A DNA stretch of 64,000 bases, taken from assembly GCA_025927545.1 (NCBI GenBank), contig JAICLE010000007.1:384-64383 (forward strand). Direction: 5' to 3'. The notes under the pieces were generated by a model. That model had not been told where the DNA came from and did not search any database. It worked only from the letters and a program-made list of their open reading frames with translations. Below are positions 30,011-41,243 of the stretch, in pieces. The translations under genes were made by a program, and so were the position numbers. Within the stretch, counting starts at the first letter, position 1, and each line of letters begins with the position of its first letter. The stretch is from Gemmatimonadales bacterium (lineage in GTDB: Bacteria > Gemmatimonadota > Gemmatimonadetes > Gemmatimonadales > GWC2-71-9).

Positions 30011-31354
30011 ATGTCCGATCTTCTCGCCGCGCGCAGTCAGATGGCCGTCTCGCTCTACTTCCACATCCTCTTTGCCGTGGCCGGCATCGGCATGCCGCTC
30101 CTCATGGTGGTGGCCGAGTGGCGCTACCGACGGACGGGCGACCCCGTCTCGCTGGATCTTGCCAAGCGCTGGGGCAAGGGAACCGCCATCCTCTTTGCCG
30201 TGGGCGCCGTCTCGGGGACCGTGCTCTCCTTCGAGCTCGGCCTGCTGTGGCCGCGCTTCATGGAGCTCGCCGGGCCGGTGATCGGGATGCCGTTCTCGCT
30301 CGAGGGCTTCGCCTTTTTCCTCGAAGGGATCTTCATCGGGGTCTATCTCTACGGCTGGGACCGGATCCCACCACGCGCCCACCTGCTTGCCGGCGTCATG
30401 GTGGCCGTGAGCGGGGCGGCGTCGGGCGTGTTCGTCGTGATCGCGAACGCCTGGATGAACGCACCGACCGGGTTCGACTTCGTGCACGGCCGCCTGACGC
30501 ACGTCGATCCGATCGCGGGCATGCTCAACCCGATGGCGTTTCAGCAGACGCTGCACATGACGATCGCGTCCTACGCGGCCACCGGCTTCGCGGTGGCCGG
30601 GATCCACGCGTTCCTCCTCCTGTTCGACCGCACGAACGCGTTCCACCGCCGCGCGCTGGCCGTGGCCCTCCTGGTGGGCGCTCCCGCCGCCGTCCTCCAG
30701 CCCCTCTCGGGCGACGTGAGCGCGCGTGCCGTGGCCGTCAATCAGCCGGCCAAGCTCGCGGCCATGGAATCACACTTCGAGACCGCGCGCCGCGTCCCGC
30801 TGGTGATCGGCGGCATTCCCGACCTCGATCGGCGCGAAACCCGCTACGCCCTCAGGATCCCCGGCGGGCTCTCGCTGCTGGCGTTCCACGACCTCAACGC
30901 GCGGGTGACGGGCCTGGAGGAGTTCCCCCGTTCGGATTGGCCGAACGTGGCGATCGTGCACACCGCGTTTCAGCTCATGGTGGGTCTGGGGAGCCTGCTG
31001 GCGTTGCTGGCCCTCTGGGTCGGGTTCCTGGCGATTCGCCGCCGGGATCTCTCCGCCAATGTCTGGCTGCTTCGCGCGCTCGCCCTCGCGGCTCCGGTCG
31101 GGTTCATCTGCATCGAGGCGGGATGGACGGTCACGGAGGTCGGCCGGCAGCCCTGGGTCGTCTACGGGATCCTCCGGACGGCGAATGCCGTGACGCCGAT
31201 GCCCGGCCTCATCGTCCCGTTTCTGGGCTTCTCGCTGCTCTACTGCTTCCTGGGCATCATCGTGGTGTGGCTGCTCTATCGCCAGATCATCCGGAGTCCG
31301 CGTCCCAGCGAGTGGACTCGGACCTACGCGCCGCCGAGCGTCACCCGTGCCTGA
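30011..31354 (+). CDS. cydA: cytochrome bd-type quinol oxidase subunit I (short Q-loop, CioA-like)
   Basis: Motifs LAARSQMAVSLYFHILFA, GTVLSFELGLLWP, EGFAFFLEGIF, ANAWMN.P.G and GW..TEVGRQPWVVYG. Confidence 0.92.
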   Translation: MSDLLAARSQMAVSLYFHILFAVAGIGMPLLMVVAEWRYRRTGDPVSLDLAKRWGKGTAILFAVGAVSGTVLSFELGLLWPRFMELAGPVIGMPFSLEGFAFFLEGIFIGVYLYGWDRIPPRAHLLAGVMVAVSGAASGVFVVIANAWMNAPTGFDFVHGRLTHVDPIAGMLNPMAFQQTLHMTIASYAATGFAVAGIHAFLLLFDRTNAFHRRALAVALLVGAPAAVLQPLSGDVSARAVAVNQPAKLAAMESHFETARRVPLVIGGIPDLDRRETRYALRIPGGLSLLAFHDLNARVTGLEEFPRSDWPNVAIVHTAFQLMVGLGSLLALLALWVGFLAIRRRDLSANVWLLRALALAAPVGFICIEAGWTVTEVGRQPWVVYGILRTANAVTPMPGLIVPFLGFSLLYCFLGIIVVWLLYRQIIRSPRPSEWTRTYAPPSVTRA

Positions 31355-32399
31355 GCTCACCCTGCCGGTCATCATGGCCGCGATTCTTGCGCTCGCCCTG
31401 ACGGCGTACGTGCTCTTCGGGGGCGCCGATTTCGGCGGCGGCGTGTGGGACCTCCTCGCCACGGGACCCCGGAAGGACCGGCAGCGCGAAGTGATCAGCC
31501 ACGCCATCGGGCCGATCTGGGAGGCCAATCACGTCTGGCTCATTCTGGCGATCGTGCTCACCTTCACCTGCTTTCCGCCGGTGTTCGCCCGGGTGGGCAT
31601 CCTGCTGCACATTCCGCTCTCGTTGATGCTCGTCGGAATCGTGCTCCGCGGGTCCGCCTTCACCTTCCGCACCTACGACAACGAGCGGGACCATGTGCAG
31701 CGCCGCTGGGGCCGGATCTTCGCCGGCGCGAGCATCGTGACGCCGCTGCTGCTCGGCATCTGCATCGGGGCCGTGGCGGCGGGCCGCCTGGGCCCGCTCC
31801 CGCCCACCGGCTCGTTCGTCGAGCGGTTCGTGGACCCGTGGCTCACCCGGTTCAGCGTTGCGGTGGGGCTGCTCACGCTGGCGCTCTTCGCGCTCCTGGC
31901 CGCGGTGTTCCTCACCCTGGAGACCGACGACCCCGAGCTGGTCGAGGATTTCCGCAAACGGGCGCTCTGGGCGGCGGTCGCGGTCTTCGTGACGGCGTTC
32001 GGCGCGCTCTCGCTAGCGCCGGCGCACGCACCGCTCGTGGGCAGCGGCCTGCTCGGCTCCGGCTGGGCGGTCCCGTTCCACCTGGCTACCGGAGCCGCCG
32101 CGCTCGCGGTACTGGCGGCGCTCTGGTGGAGGCACTACCATCTGGCCCGGGTAGCGGTCGGCGCGCAGGTAGCGCTCATTGTCTGGGGGTGGGCGCTCGC
32201 ACAGTACCCGTACCTGATCCCCCCCGACCTGACCATCCAGGGCGCCACGGCGCCCGCAACGACGCTCCGGCTGATCCTGATCGCCCTCGGCCTGGGCGCC
32301 GTGGTCCTGCTGCCCTCGCTGGCCTACCTGTTCAGAGTGTTCAAGGCGGGACCGTCGCATTCGGTGCGGCGGCTGCCGGAAGGAGGATCGGACTCATGA
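31347..32399 (+). CDS. cydB: cytochrome bd-type quinol oxidase subunit II
   Basis: GTG start with an 8-nt overlap onto cydA. Motifs YVLFGGADFGGGVWDL and IGPIWEANHVWLIL. Confidence 0.9.
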   Translation: MPELTLPVIMAAILALALTAYVLFGGADFGGGVWDLLATGPRKDRQREVISHAIGPIWEANHVWLILAIVLTFTCFPPVFARVGILLHIPLSLMLVGIVLRGSAFTFRTYDNERDHVQRRWGRIFAGASIVTPLLLGICIGAVAAGRLGPLPPTGSFVERFVDPWLTRFSVAVGLLTLALFALLAAVFLTLETDDPELVEDFRKRALWAAVAVFVTAFGALSLAPAHAPLVGSGLLGSGWAVPFHLATGAAALAVLAALWWRHYHLARVAVGAQVALIVWGWALAQYPYLIPPDLTIQGATAPATTLRLILIALGLGAVVLLPSLAYLFRVFKAGPSHSVRRLPEGGSDS

Positions 32400-32915
32400 T
32401 GCAGATGCGGGTCTCCACCGAGCGCCTGGACCTCGCGCCGCTCACGCTCGAGGAGGTCGACGCGCTCCTGGCCGGCGCCGGCGGCCGGCTCCGCGAGCTC
32501 ACCGGCGCGCTCTTCCCCCGTCCCGCGGCGCCCCCGCCCTACATGGCCGATCCGCTGCCCGAGGTGCGCGAGCGCCTGCGCGCCCGCCCCGAAGAGGCGC
32601 CGTGGTGGAACTGGCTGATGGTCGAGCGGGAGACGGAACGGGCGGTGGGCTCCGTGGCCTTCGGCGGGCCGCCGGACGGCGACGGCGCGGTGCTGATCGG
32701 CTACGCGATGTATCCGCAGTTCGAGGGCCACGGGTACGCCACCGAGGCGGTGCGCGCCATGATCGAGTGGGCGTTCCACCAGGCGGGTGTGCGCCTCGTG
32801 CGCGCGCTCGCGCCGGTGTGGAATACGCCCGCGCTCCGGGTCGCGGAGAACGTCGGGATGCGGCCCGTCGCCACCGGCGAAGATGACGACGTGGGGGAAG
32901 TCCTCGTCTACGCGC

Positions 32916-34460
<1,545 letters not shown>

Positions 34461-34477
34461 GGAGGATGCCTCGGGGT

Positions 34478-35563
34478 TCAGGGCGTTCGCTTTTTCAGGA
34501 TGTCTTGCAGCACCACGCGGTCGATTTTCCCGTCCATGCGGACGCGCACGTCGTAGTTCTCCCAGTACATGAAGTCCCTGAGTGCCGCCAGGAACGCCGG
34601 GGTCGCCGAGCCCTGCGGCTGGGCCAGCCACTTCTTCGGCTGGTTGGCGGGCTCGGCCAGCAGGATCGGCTCGAGCTGCCGGACGATCGCCGGCGTGATC
34701 GGCACGAGGTCCTGCGGCTCGCTGGCAAAGAAGTGCAGCTTGTGGAGCGCGAGGAGTCGTGCCAGCTCGGCGATCGGATCCTTCGCATCATAGACCCGGA
34801 TGTCGATGAACCGGTCGTTCGCGCCCAGATAGCCGCCGTGTTTCCGCACCACGAGGAGCGCCGCGCTCTGCATTCCGCGCTTGTCGCCACCCCCCGCCTG
34901 CCCGGCCCGGAGCGCAGCCATCAGCCGGTCCGCCAGGCTCCCCCGGCTTCGCTCGAACGTCTCCGCCAGGTTCTTCACCGTCTGGTCCGAGACCATGATG
35001 TTGGCCTGCGCCGAGAAGCCGCGGCCCACGATGACCTCGCCCTTGCCACCGGGGACGTTTCCGCGGCCTGATAGCGCGCCCGTGCGCCCGCCGGCCCAAT
35101 CGAAGGTCGAACGGCCGGTGAAGCTGGCCGCGTTGCCCCGCGCGTCCACCATGCCCACCTGCCGGTCCTGCAGCATCGTATCCGTCCGCATCACGATCCG
35201 GAGCGCCTCCTCCGCTGTAGCGCCAAGCTTCATCAGCTCGAGCCCGCGCTCGCCGTAGGCCGTATTCCCCAGGCTTTGCGTCGCCACCGCCCCCACCCCG
35301 GACTCCGCCCAGGGCACGATCCCGCCCACGTTGGGGAACTTGGACTCCACCGCCACCCCGAGATCCCCGCTCGCCGAGTCGAATGCCACGATGCTGTAGG
35401 TATGGGCGAGCTTGAGGAAGTGGGAGGGCGGAGTGATCGGCTGCTGGGCAAACAACGGTGGGCGGGAAGCGCTGAGCGGTAGGAGGTAGGCGGTGAGCAG
35501 TGACGCGACGATCCGTCCACTCGCGATTCTGGGCACGGCACCCCTCGCTCGATGATGCGGCAT
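34478..35563 (-). CDS. DUF1028-family (Ntn-hydrolase-like) protein with a C-terminal extra domain
   Basis: Inner ATG followed by a signal-like N-terminus. Motifs TYSIVAFDSASGDLGVAVESKF.NVGGIVPWAESGVGAVATQS. Confidence 0.8.
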   Translation of the reverse strand: MPHHRARGAVPRIASGRIVASLLTAYLLPLSASRPPLFAQQPITPPSHFLKLAHTYSIVAFDSASGDLGVAVESKFPNVGGIVPWAESGVGAVATQSLGNTAYGERGLELMKLGATAEEALRIVMRTDTMLQDRQVGMVDARGNAASFTGRSTFDWAGGRTGALSGRGNVPGGKGEVIVGRGFSAQANIMVSDQTVKNLAETFERSRGSLADRLMAALRAGQAGGGDKRGMQSAALLVVRKHGGYLGANDRFIDIRVYDAKDPIAELARLLALHKLHFFASEPQDLVPITPAIVRQLEPILLAEPANQPKKWLAQPQGSATPAFLAALRDFMYWENYDVRVRMDGKIDRVVLQDILKKRTP

Positions 35564-35622
35564 GTCCGGAGCCCGCACCTCTCCGCTCAACGTCGTACCG
35601 CTCACCGTTTGCCTCTTGCCGC

Positions 35623-36168
35623 TCACTGCTGTCTTCCCAGCTTCCGCTTCAGATACGCCAGTTGCGCCTCGATCGCACTCTCCCGCCGCTGCCGCTCGGC
35701 CTCGGCGTCCAGGCGCTCGTCGGGCCCCGGCCGCGTGGCGCCGGCCGATTCGAGATCGCGCCACGCGGCCGAAATCGAGCTCGAGGGGTGGGTGGCGGCG
35801 GCGCGCCGGGCCTCGTCGGTCATGTCCGTGAGCTCGCGCTCGGCCAGGGCGAGCTCGTCGCGCTGCACCACGATCTTCCGCTCCAGCACTCCCACACGTT
35901 CGCGGTGCCGCGCCGCAAAGCGCTCGGCCACGCGCACCGTTTCCGGATCCGGCACCGCCGCGGCCAGGCGGCCGCGGCGCTCCGCGTCCTCGAGCTGCCT
36001 GCGCTCCGCCGCGAGCTCACGTTCGCTCTCCAGGAGCGCGTCCCGCATGCGCCCGATGCCGACGCGCGCCTCGAGCAGCGCCTCCTTCAGCCCGGCGGCA
36101 TAGGCGCGGACGTCGCCGGGGGCGCTGTGCAGGAGCTGGTCCAGTCGTGCCTTCAGCTCGTCCAGCAC
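35623..36168 (-). CDS. hypothetical coiled-coil protein
   Basis: Glu/Arg/Ala/Leu-rich heptad-like sequence (LDELKARLDQLL...RELAAERRQLEDAERR...AIEAQLAYLKRKL). The start is uncertain: GTG 36168 is the minimum and the track ORF extends to 36345. No family recognised. Confidence 0.45.
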   Translation of the reverse strand: MLDELKARLDQLLHSAPGDVRAYAAGLKEALLEARVGIGRMRDALLESERELAAERRQLEDAERRGRLAAAVPDPETVRVAERFAARHRERVGVLERKIVVQRDELALAERELTDMTDEARRAAATHPSSSISAAWRDLESAGATRPGPDERLDAEAERQRRESAIEAQLAYLKRKLGRQQ

Positions 36169-36407
36169 GGCCGCGCAGTCTTGGACATGGATGGCACCTC
36201 GGGAAGCGCCCGATCGCCGGAGGCGCGGGCCGGCTGCCGGTCGGCGGCCGAAGCATTCGGGAAAGCGAATGGTAGGACCCCCGCCGGTAGGCGTCAAGCG
36301 AGTGCAGATTCCCGCGCGCGCGGTTGGCGCGGTCAGGTTTGACAAGGACGGCTGGCTCAGGCACTGTGTGCTGGTGCGGACAACGAGGCACTCGGGCGGG
36401 AGAACGA

Positions 36408-36884
36408 ATGGCGGCGGAGCGCTGCAGCGTATGTGCCGAGGTCGCCGGGCGGATCGTGGTCCCCGGCGGCTCGATATTCGAGAACCAATGGTGGATCGTG
36501 GCCCACCACGCCGGCCCGTGGACCGACCCGGGCGAGCTCATCGTCAAGGCGCGGCGGCACTGCGAAACCCTCTCGGAACTGACGCCGGCGGAAGCGGGGT
36601 CGCTGGGGCCGATCCTCCGCGCCGCGGTGGCCGCCGTGGAGCGCGCCGTCCAGCCCGAGCGCGTCTACGTCGCGTGCTGGGGCGAGCGGGTGCGGCACGT
36701 GCACTTCTTCCTGCTGCCCCGAACCCGAAGCCTCCCCGCCGGGCACGTCACGTCCGATCTCTATCGGAAAGGCCGGAGCTTCCTCCGCCGGTGGGGCGTC
36801 GCCGCCAATCCGCCTACCGCGGCCCGGGCCGACGCGGCCGCCCGCATCCGGAATGACGAGGCGTGGAAAGCGTTGAGCACCTGA
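36408..36884 (+). CDS. HIT-like (histidine-triad superfamily) protein with an incomplete triad
   Basis: Inner ATG (MAAERCSVCAE). The fold pattern is C.VC......V.....F.N..W.V. Motif RHVHFFLLPR replaces the canonical H-x-H-x-H-x-x. Confidence 0.65.
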   Translation: MAAERCSVCAEVAGRIVVPGGSIFENQWWIVAHHAGPWTDPGELIVKARRHCETLSELTPAEAGSLGPILRAAVAAVERAVQPERVYVACWGERVRHVHFFLLPRTRSLPAGHVTSDLYRKGRSFLRRWGVAANPPTAARADAAARIRNDEAWKALST

Positions 36885-37903
36885 TCGTGGGCGGCGGCCC
36901 GGCCGGGCTCCGGGCCGCGCAAGTCCTGGCGGAGGCCGGGCGCGAGGTCCTGGTACTCGAGAAGCGCGCGGAGATCGGCCCGAAGACCTGCGCCGGCGGG
37001 CTCACACGCAAAACCATGCGCGAGCTCGAGCCTCTTGGCCTCCCGGCTGCAGCCGCACTGGCGAGCATCGGGCACGTCGCCTTTGCCGGCGGAGAGGCCG
37101 TGGCGCTCGATGTCGACACGACCGTGGTCCACACTATCGCGCGCCGGACCCTGGGCCGGCATCAGCTCGAATGGGCGCGGTCCGCCGGCGCCACAGTGTG
37201 TTCCGGCACCCCCGCCGCCGGCATCGATCTGGCCGCCCGGACCGCTGTCGCCGGCGGCCGTCCGATCCGCTGGCGGCACCTGATCGGCGCGGATGGCGCC
37301 GATTCCGCCGTGCGCCGTGCGCTGGGTCTCCCGTCTCCCCGCGAGTATTTCGCCGCTGAATACAACGTGCCGGAGCTCCGGCTGGAGCCCCTCCGAATCG
37401 AATGCGACCCGGACCCGCTGGCCAACGGCTACTTCTGGGTGTTTCCGCACGCCCGCTACACCTCGCTTGGCGCCGTGGCCCCGAAGCACCTCGTGCCCCC
37501 GTCGTTCCTCCGGCGCTACCTGAACGGCCGGCTGGAGCGGCTCGGCGTCGCGCGCGACGGCGTCCCCTTCGAGGGCGCCACCCTCGAGGTGGTCTATCAT
37601 GGCTGCCATTTTCCGGGCGACGTGCATCTCGTAGGAGACGCGGCTGGAATGGTCTCCTCGCTCACGGCCGAAGGGATCTATGCGGCGCTCGTGACCGGCG
37701 AGGAGGTGGCCCGGGCCATCCTCGAGCCCCGCGCGCCCGCGCCCAAGACCGCTCGCTGGCTCCGGACCAAGCGGCGCCACGACCGGCTCGCGCGCTGGCT
37801 CGCCCGGCCGCGCCCCCGTGCCTGGACGCTCGGCGCACTGGCACGCGCCGCGGCCTCGCCGGCACTGCGGCGGCCGCTCGCGAGCTGGTTTCTTCAGGGG
37901 TGA
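36863..37903 (+). CDS. geranylgeranyl-reductase-family FAD-dependent oxidoreductase
   Basis: GTG start. Motifs HLIVGGGPAGLRAAQVLAEAGREVLVLEK, CAGGL, LIGADGADSAVRR and VGDAAGMVSSLTAEGIYAAL. Confidence 0.8.
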   Translation: MESVEHLIVGGGPAGLRAAQVLAEAGREVLVLEKRAEIGPKTCAGGLTRKTMRELEPLGLPAAAALASIGHVAFAGGEAVALDVDTTVVHTIARRTLGRHQLEWARSAGATVCSGTPAAGIDLAARTAVAGGRPIRWRHLIGADGADSAVRRALGLPSPREYFAAEYNVPELRLEPLRIECDPDPLANGYFWVFPHARYTSLGAVAPKHLVPPSFLRRYLNGRLERLGVARDGVPFEGATLEVVYHGCHFPGDVHLVGDAAGMVSSLTAEGIYAALVTGEEVARAILEPRAPAPKTARWLRTKRRHDRLARWLARPRPRAWTLGALARAAASPALRRPLASWFLQG

Positions 37904-38544
37904 AGGGACTGCGGGGTCGCTTCGGCTCGCTGCTCCGCCGGCTCGGCGCCCGCGGCGATGCCACAACAGAGGCAGCCGCGCTCCTCGACGCCTGGGCCGC
38001 GCCCGCGCGGCGGTATCACGGCACGTCGCACCTGCTCGATTGCCTCGCCCGGCTGGACGAGTCGCCGGCCGCGCCACCGGGGCACGACCTGGTCGAGGCG
38101 GCGCTCTGGTTTCACGACGCGGTCTACGAGCCGCTCGCGGCCGACAACGAGGAGCGCAGTGCCGACTGGGCGCGGGGCGCGCTGGCGCGCCACGACGTGG
38201 CGCCCGCCGCGATCGAGGAAATCGCCCGTCTGATCCTGCTGACTCGTCACGGCGCACCACCCGCTGATCCCGCCGGCCGGCTGCTCTGCGATATCGACCT
38301 CTCCATCCTCGGGCGAGCACCCGCGGAGTTCGCCGAGTACGAGCGCGGAATCCGCGCCGAGTACGCGCCGGTGCCCGAAGCGGCCTACCGGGAGGGCCGT
38401 CGGCGCGTGCTGCGGACGTTCCTGGCCAGAGACCCGCTGTACGGAACGTCCTGGTTCCGGGAGCGCTACGAGCAGCCCGCCCGCGTCAATCTCCGGCGGG
38501 CCATCGAGCGGCTCGGGCCTCCGGATCAGATGCCGGTCGGATAG
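37900..38544 (+). CDS. predicted HD-superfamily metal-dependent phosphohydrolase (COG4339-like)
   Basis: GTGA overlap with the preceding stop. Motifs RRYHGTSHLLDCL, AALWFHDAVYEP and DIDLSILG. Confidence 0.62.
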   Translation: MKGLRGRFGSLLRRLGARGDATTEAAALLDAWAAPARRYHGTSHLLDCLARLDESPAAPPGHDLVEAALWFHDAVYEPLAADNEERSADWARGALARHDVAPAAIEEIARLILLTRHGAPPADPAGRLLCDIDLSILGRAPAEFAEYERGIRAEYAPVPEAAYREGRRRVLRTFLARDPLYGTSWFRERYEQPARVNLRRAIERLGPPDQMPVG

Positions 38545-39872
38545 GTCTCCGGCGGCTCCCCCGCCTGCCAGCCCTGTGTCAGGTCGAGCGGCTCGACCGC
38601 CGTGGTCTCGTCGAAGTGCAGCACGGCGTCGAACTGCTCCGTCACACGGGCCGTGAAGTAATGGCTCTGGCGCTCGGTGCCCGGCCGGTAGACCACGCCG
38701 ATCGCGCGCTGCAGCCGGGGCGGCGCCAGCGCCTCCGCCGCGCCCTCGCTGCCACGGATCGGGAGCAGGAAGTCCGGCACGCCCAGCGTGTGGAACAGCG
38801 CCTCATAGCTGCCCGGGAGCCCGGGCCGGACATGCTTCCGCTCGGCCGGTGCGTCCCAGTCCGATGCCGCCGTCACCGTTCCCGCGTAGGTGCTGAAGCC
38901 TACCAGCACGGCGTCCTGTCCGTGACGTTCGCGCACGAGCTGGCCGACGTTCCACTCGCCCTCCTCGCCCATGGCGGTCGCCCGCGCGTCACCGATGTGG
39001 GAGTTGTGCTCCCACACGACGACCTTGGTTCGACCGCCGCGCCGATCGAAGTGCGCCAGCAGTGCCTCGAGCGTCTCTGCCATGTGCCGGTCGCGCAGGT
39101 TCCAGGACGAGATGTGCCCGCGGAACATGGTCCGGTAATACTCCTCGGCGTTGGCCACGAGCCGGGCATTCTGTTCGGCGTAGAAGAACTCGTCTTCCGG
39201 GATCCGGCCGTCGCGCCGCGAGAGATCCACGGCTCGGCGCTGGAGCTCGAGGAGTTGCTGCACGGCCTGGTCCTCGCAGGACGGCGTGATTCCGAAGCCG
39301 GCGGCGTATCCGTACGCCTGCGTGTCCTCGCCGTAGTGTTCGAAGCAACCGTAGCGGTAGCGGGCGCGCGTCGCGGCCTCCGGGTCCACCTCGTCCAGGT
39401 AATGCAGCACCGCTTCGATGGAGGTGAAGAGGGAGTACAGGTCGAGTCCGTAGAAGCCCACCTGCTTCGCCGGCGGGGCGACGGTGTCGTTGTGCTCCCG
39501 CAGGGTTGTCACGAACTCCAGTACGTCGCGGTTGCGCCACATCCATCGCGGAAACCGGCTGAAGCCGTCGAGCGCCTCGAGCGGCGATCCGTCCGCGTCC
39601 GCGCCGCGCACCCATCGATTGACCCGATAGGCGTCCGGCCAGTCCGCCTCCACGGCCACGACGGTAAAGCCCCGCTCCTCGATGAGGCGGCGGGTGATCC
39701 GCGCCCGTTCGCGGTAAAACTCGTGGGTGCCGTGGCTCGCCTCGCCGAGGAGGATTAGGCGGGCATCGCCGATCAGCTCGAGCAGCGCGTCGTAGTCGTT
39801 GGCGGCGCCGGTGAGCGGGTGAAGCAGTCTGTGGAGGGTCTCGGCGGGTGGGGCGGTAATCGTGCGTGCCAT
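38526..39872 (-). CDS. erythromycin-esterase-family protein
   Basis: ATG at 39872 has AAGGAG at a 7-nt spacing. Motifs RLILLGEASHGTHEFY, GFTVVAVEADWPDA, FPRWMWRN, FYGLDLYS and VVWEHNSHIGDARAT. Confidence 0.88.
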   Translation of the reverse strand: MARTITAPPAETLHRLLHPLTGAANDYDALLELIGDARLILLGEASHGTHEFYRERARITRRLIEERGFTVVAVEADWPDAYRVNRWVRGADADGSPLEALDGFSRFPRWMWRNRDVLEFVTTLREHNDTVAPPAKQVGFYGLDLYSLFTSIEAVLHYLDEVDPEAATRARYRYGCFEHYGEDTQAYGYAAGFGITPSCEDQAVQQLLELQRRAVDLSRRDGRIPEDEFFYAEQNARLVANAEEYYRTMFRGHISSWNLRDRHMAETLEALLAHFDRRGGRTKVVVWEHNSHIGDARATAMGEEGEWNVGQLVRERHGQDAVLVGFSTYAGTVTAASDWDAPAERKHVRPGLPGSYEALFHTLGVPDFLLPIRGSEGAAEALAPPRLQRAIGVVYRPGTERQSHYFTARVTEQFDAVLHFDETTAVEPLDLTQGWQAGEPPETYPTGI

Positions 39873-39966
39873 GTCCATGCTCCTTCGTGACGCGCCTGCA
39901 TGCATAGGACGGCGGCCGCGCGGTCGATGTGAGCGCGCTCACCCCGGCGCGAGTTATCTTCCGCCC

Positions 39967-40452
39967 ATGCTCACTTCGCGGCTCCTCCCCGTCCTGCTCC
40001 TTCTCTTGGCCTGCGGCAAGCCGGCGCGGAGCGGGACTGCGGCATGCGGCCTCGCGGCCCTGGCCGGACCGACCGCGCTCCTCACGCAGTTCAGCGTTCC
40101 CCGCCAGACACTGAGCACCCCGCCCCGGGTCCTGCCCGAGCGTCTGGTCACCCGGGTCGTGGCCGGACCGGCGCTCCCCTCGATCGTCGGCCGGTCGGAT
40201 TCGCTCCTGGTAATCGGCGTCGAGGGGACGATCCCGCCGTCCATCCGGCCCGCCTACGGCGTGCTCGTGCTGGATACCGCCGAGAAGGCGCGTGGGGTCA
40301 TGCTGTTCGAGGGGCTGCCTGTCGAGGGTGCGCCCGAGATCGGCACCGTCGCGGTCGGGGACTCGAGCCTGCCGCTCATCGGCATCCAGCTCGATCCGTC
40401 CCGCATCGAGGACCCGCGCTGCCCGTTCTTCCCCGACTCGGTGCTCCCGTGA
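39967..40452 (+). CDS. hypothetical lipoprotein
   Basis: Inner ATG, with signal plus lipobox LLPVLLLLLACG. GTGA overlap with the next gene. No family recognised. Confidence 0.55.
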   Translation: MLTSRLLPVLLLLLACGKPARSGTAACGLAALAGPTALLTQFSVPRQTLSTPPRVLPERLVTRVVAGPALPSIVGRSDSLLVIGVEGTIPPSIRPAYGVLVLDTAEKARGVMLFEGLPVEGAPEIGTVAVGDSSLPLIGIQLDPSRIEDPRCPFFPDSVLP

Positions 40453-41243
40453 GTGCGCCCCGGATCGCGATAGGTGGGGTGGTGCGCCTCTGGGACGCCG
40501 CCGAGCGGACCGGGGTCAACGCCGCGTACACGCGCTCGGTGCTGGCCGCGGGCGGCGTGCCGATCATACTTTCGCCCCTCGTCGGGCCGGCGTACGCCGC
40601 CCGCGCGCTGGACGGGCTCGATGCCCTGCTCCTCACCGGGGGCGAAGACATCCACCCGGCGTGGTATGGCGCCGAGCCGTCCCCGCACCTGCATCCGCCG
40701 AGCCGCGAGCGGGATCTCTTCGAGCTCGCCCTCTTTGCCGCCGCACGCCAGCGCGAGCTGCCGATCCTGGGGATCTGCCGCGGCATTCAGCTCGTCAACG
40801 TGGCGCTGGGGGGGAGCCTGTATCAGGACCTGCCTTCCGAGCGTCCGGGCCCGATCGCGCACGACCCGGTCGCGGCGCGCGAGACCCGGAGCCACGCCGT
40901 GCGTCTCGAGCCGGGCAGCCGGGTCGCGGCCGCGCTCGGTGCCACGGAGCTCGACGTCAATTCCTTTCACCATCAGGCGGTCGAGCGGCTGGGGAAGGGG
41001 CTGGTGGCGTCCGGGTGGAGCGAAGATGGGCTGGTCGAGGCGGTGGAGTCGCCCCCGGGTGCGCCCTGGCTGCTGGGCGTGCAGTGGCATCCCGAGGAGA
41101 TGCACGCCGACCGGGTGGCGCCGGAACGCGGGCTGTTCCGGGCGCTGGTCCAGGCGGCGATGCCTACATGGCCCCGAGATCCCGCAGAATCCGATCGGGA
41201 GTCGAGTGCGACGGAAAGAGCAGCCGATCACTCACGCCGTTGA
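40449..41243 (+). CDS. gamma-glutamyl-GABA-hydrolase-like class I glutamine amidotransferase (peptidase C26, PuuD-like)
   Basis: Motifs GLDALLLTGGEDI.P, PILGICRGIQLVNVALGGSLYQDL, NSFHHQAV and LGVQWHPE. Confidence 0.88.
   Translation: MSAPRIAIGGVVRLWDAAERTGVNAAYTRSVLAAGGVPIILSPLVGPAYAARALDGLDALLLTGGEDIHPAWYGAEPSPHLHPPSRERDLFELALFAAARQRELPILGICRGIQLVNVALGGSLYQDLPSERPGPIAHDPVAARETRSHAVRLEPGSRVAAALGATELDVNSFHHQAVERLGKGLVASGWSEDGLVEAVESPPGAPWLLGVQWHPEEMHADRVAPERGLFRALVQAAMPTWPRDPAESDRESSATERAADHSRR

Noticed and set aside
28427-30646. 739-aa minus-strand ORF spanning the GT-C gene and the start of cydA
   Set aside because: It is in a different frame from the hydrophobic, motif-bearing GT-C protein and antisense to cydA. 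The product is low-complexity and Arg/Gly-rich.
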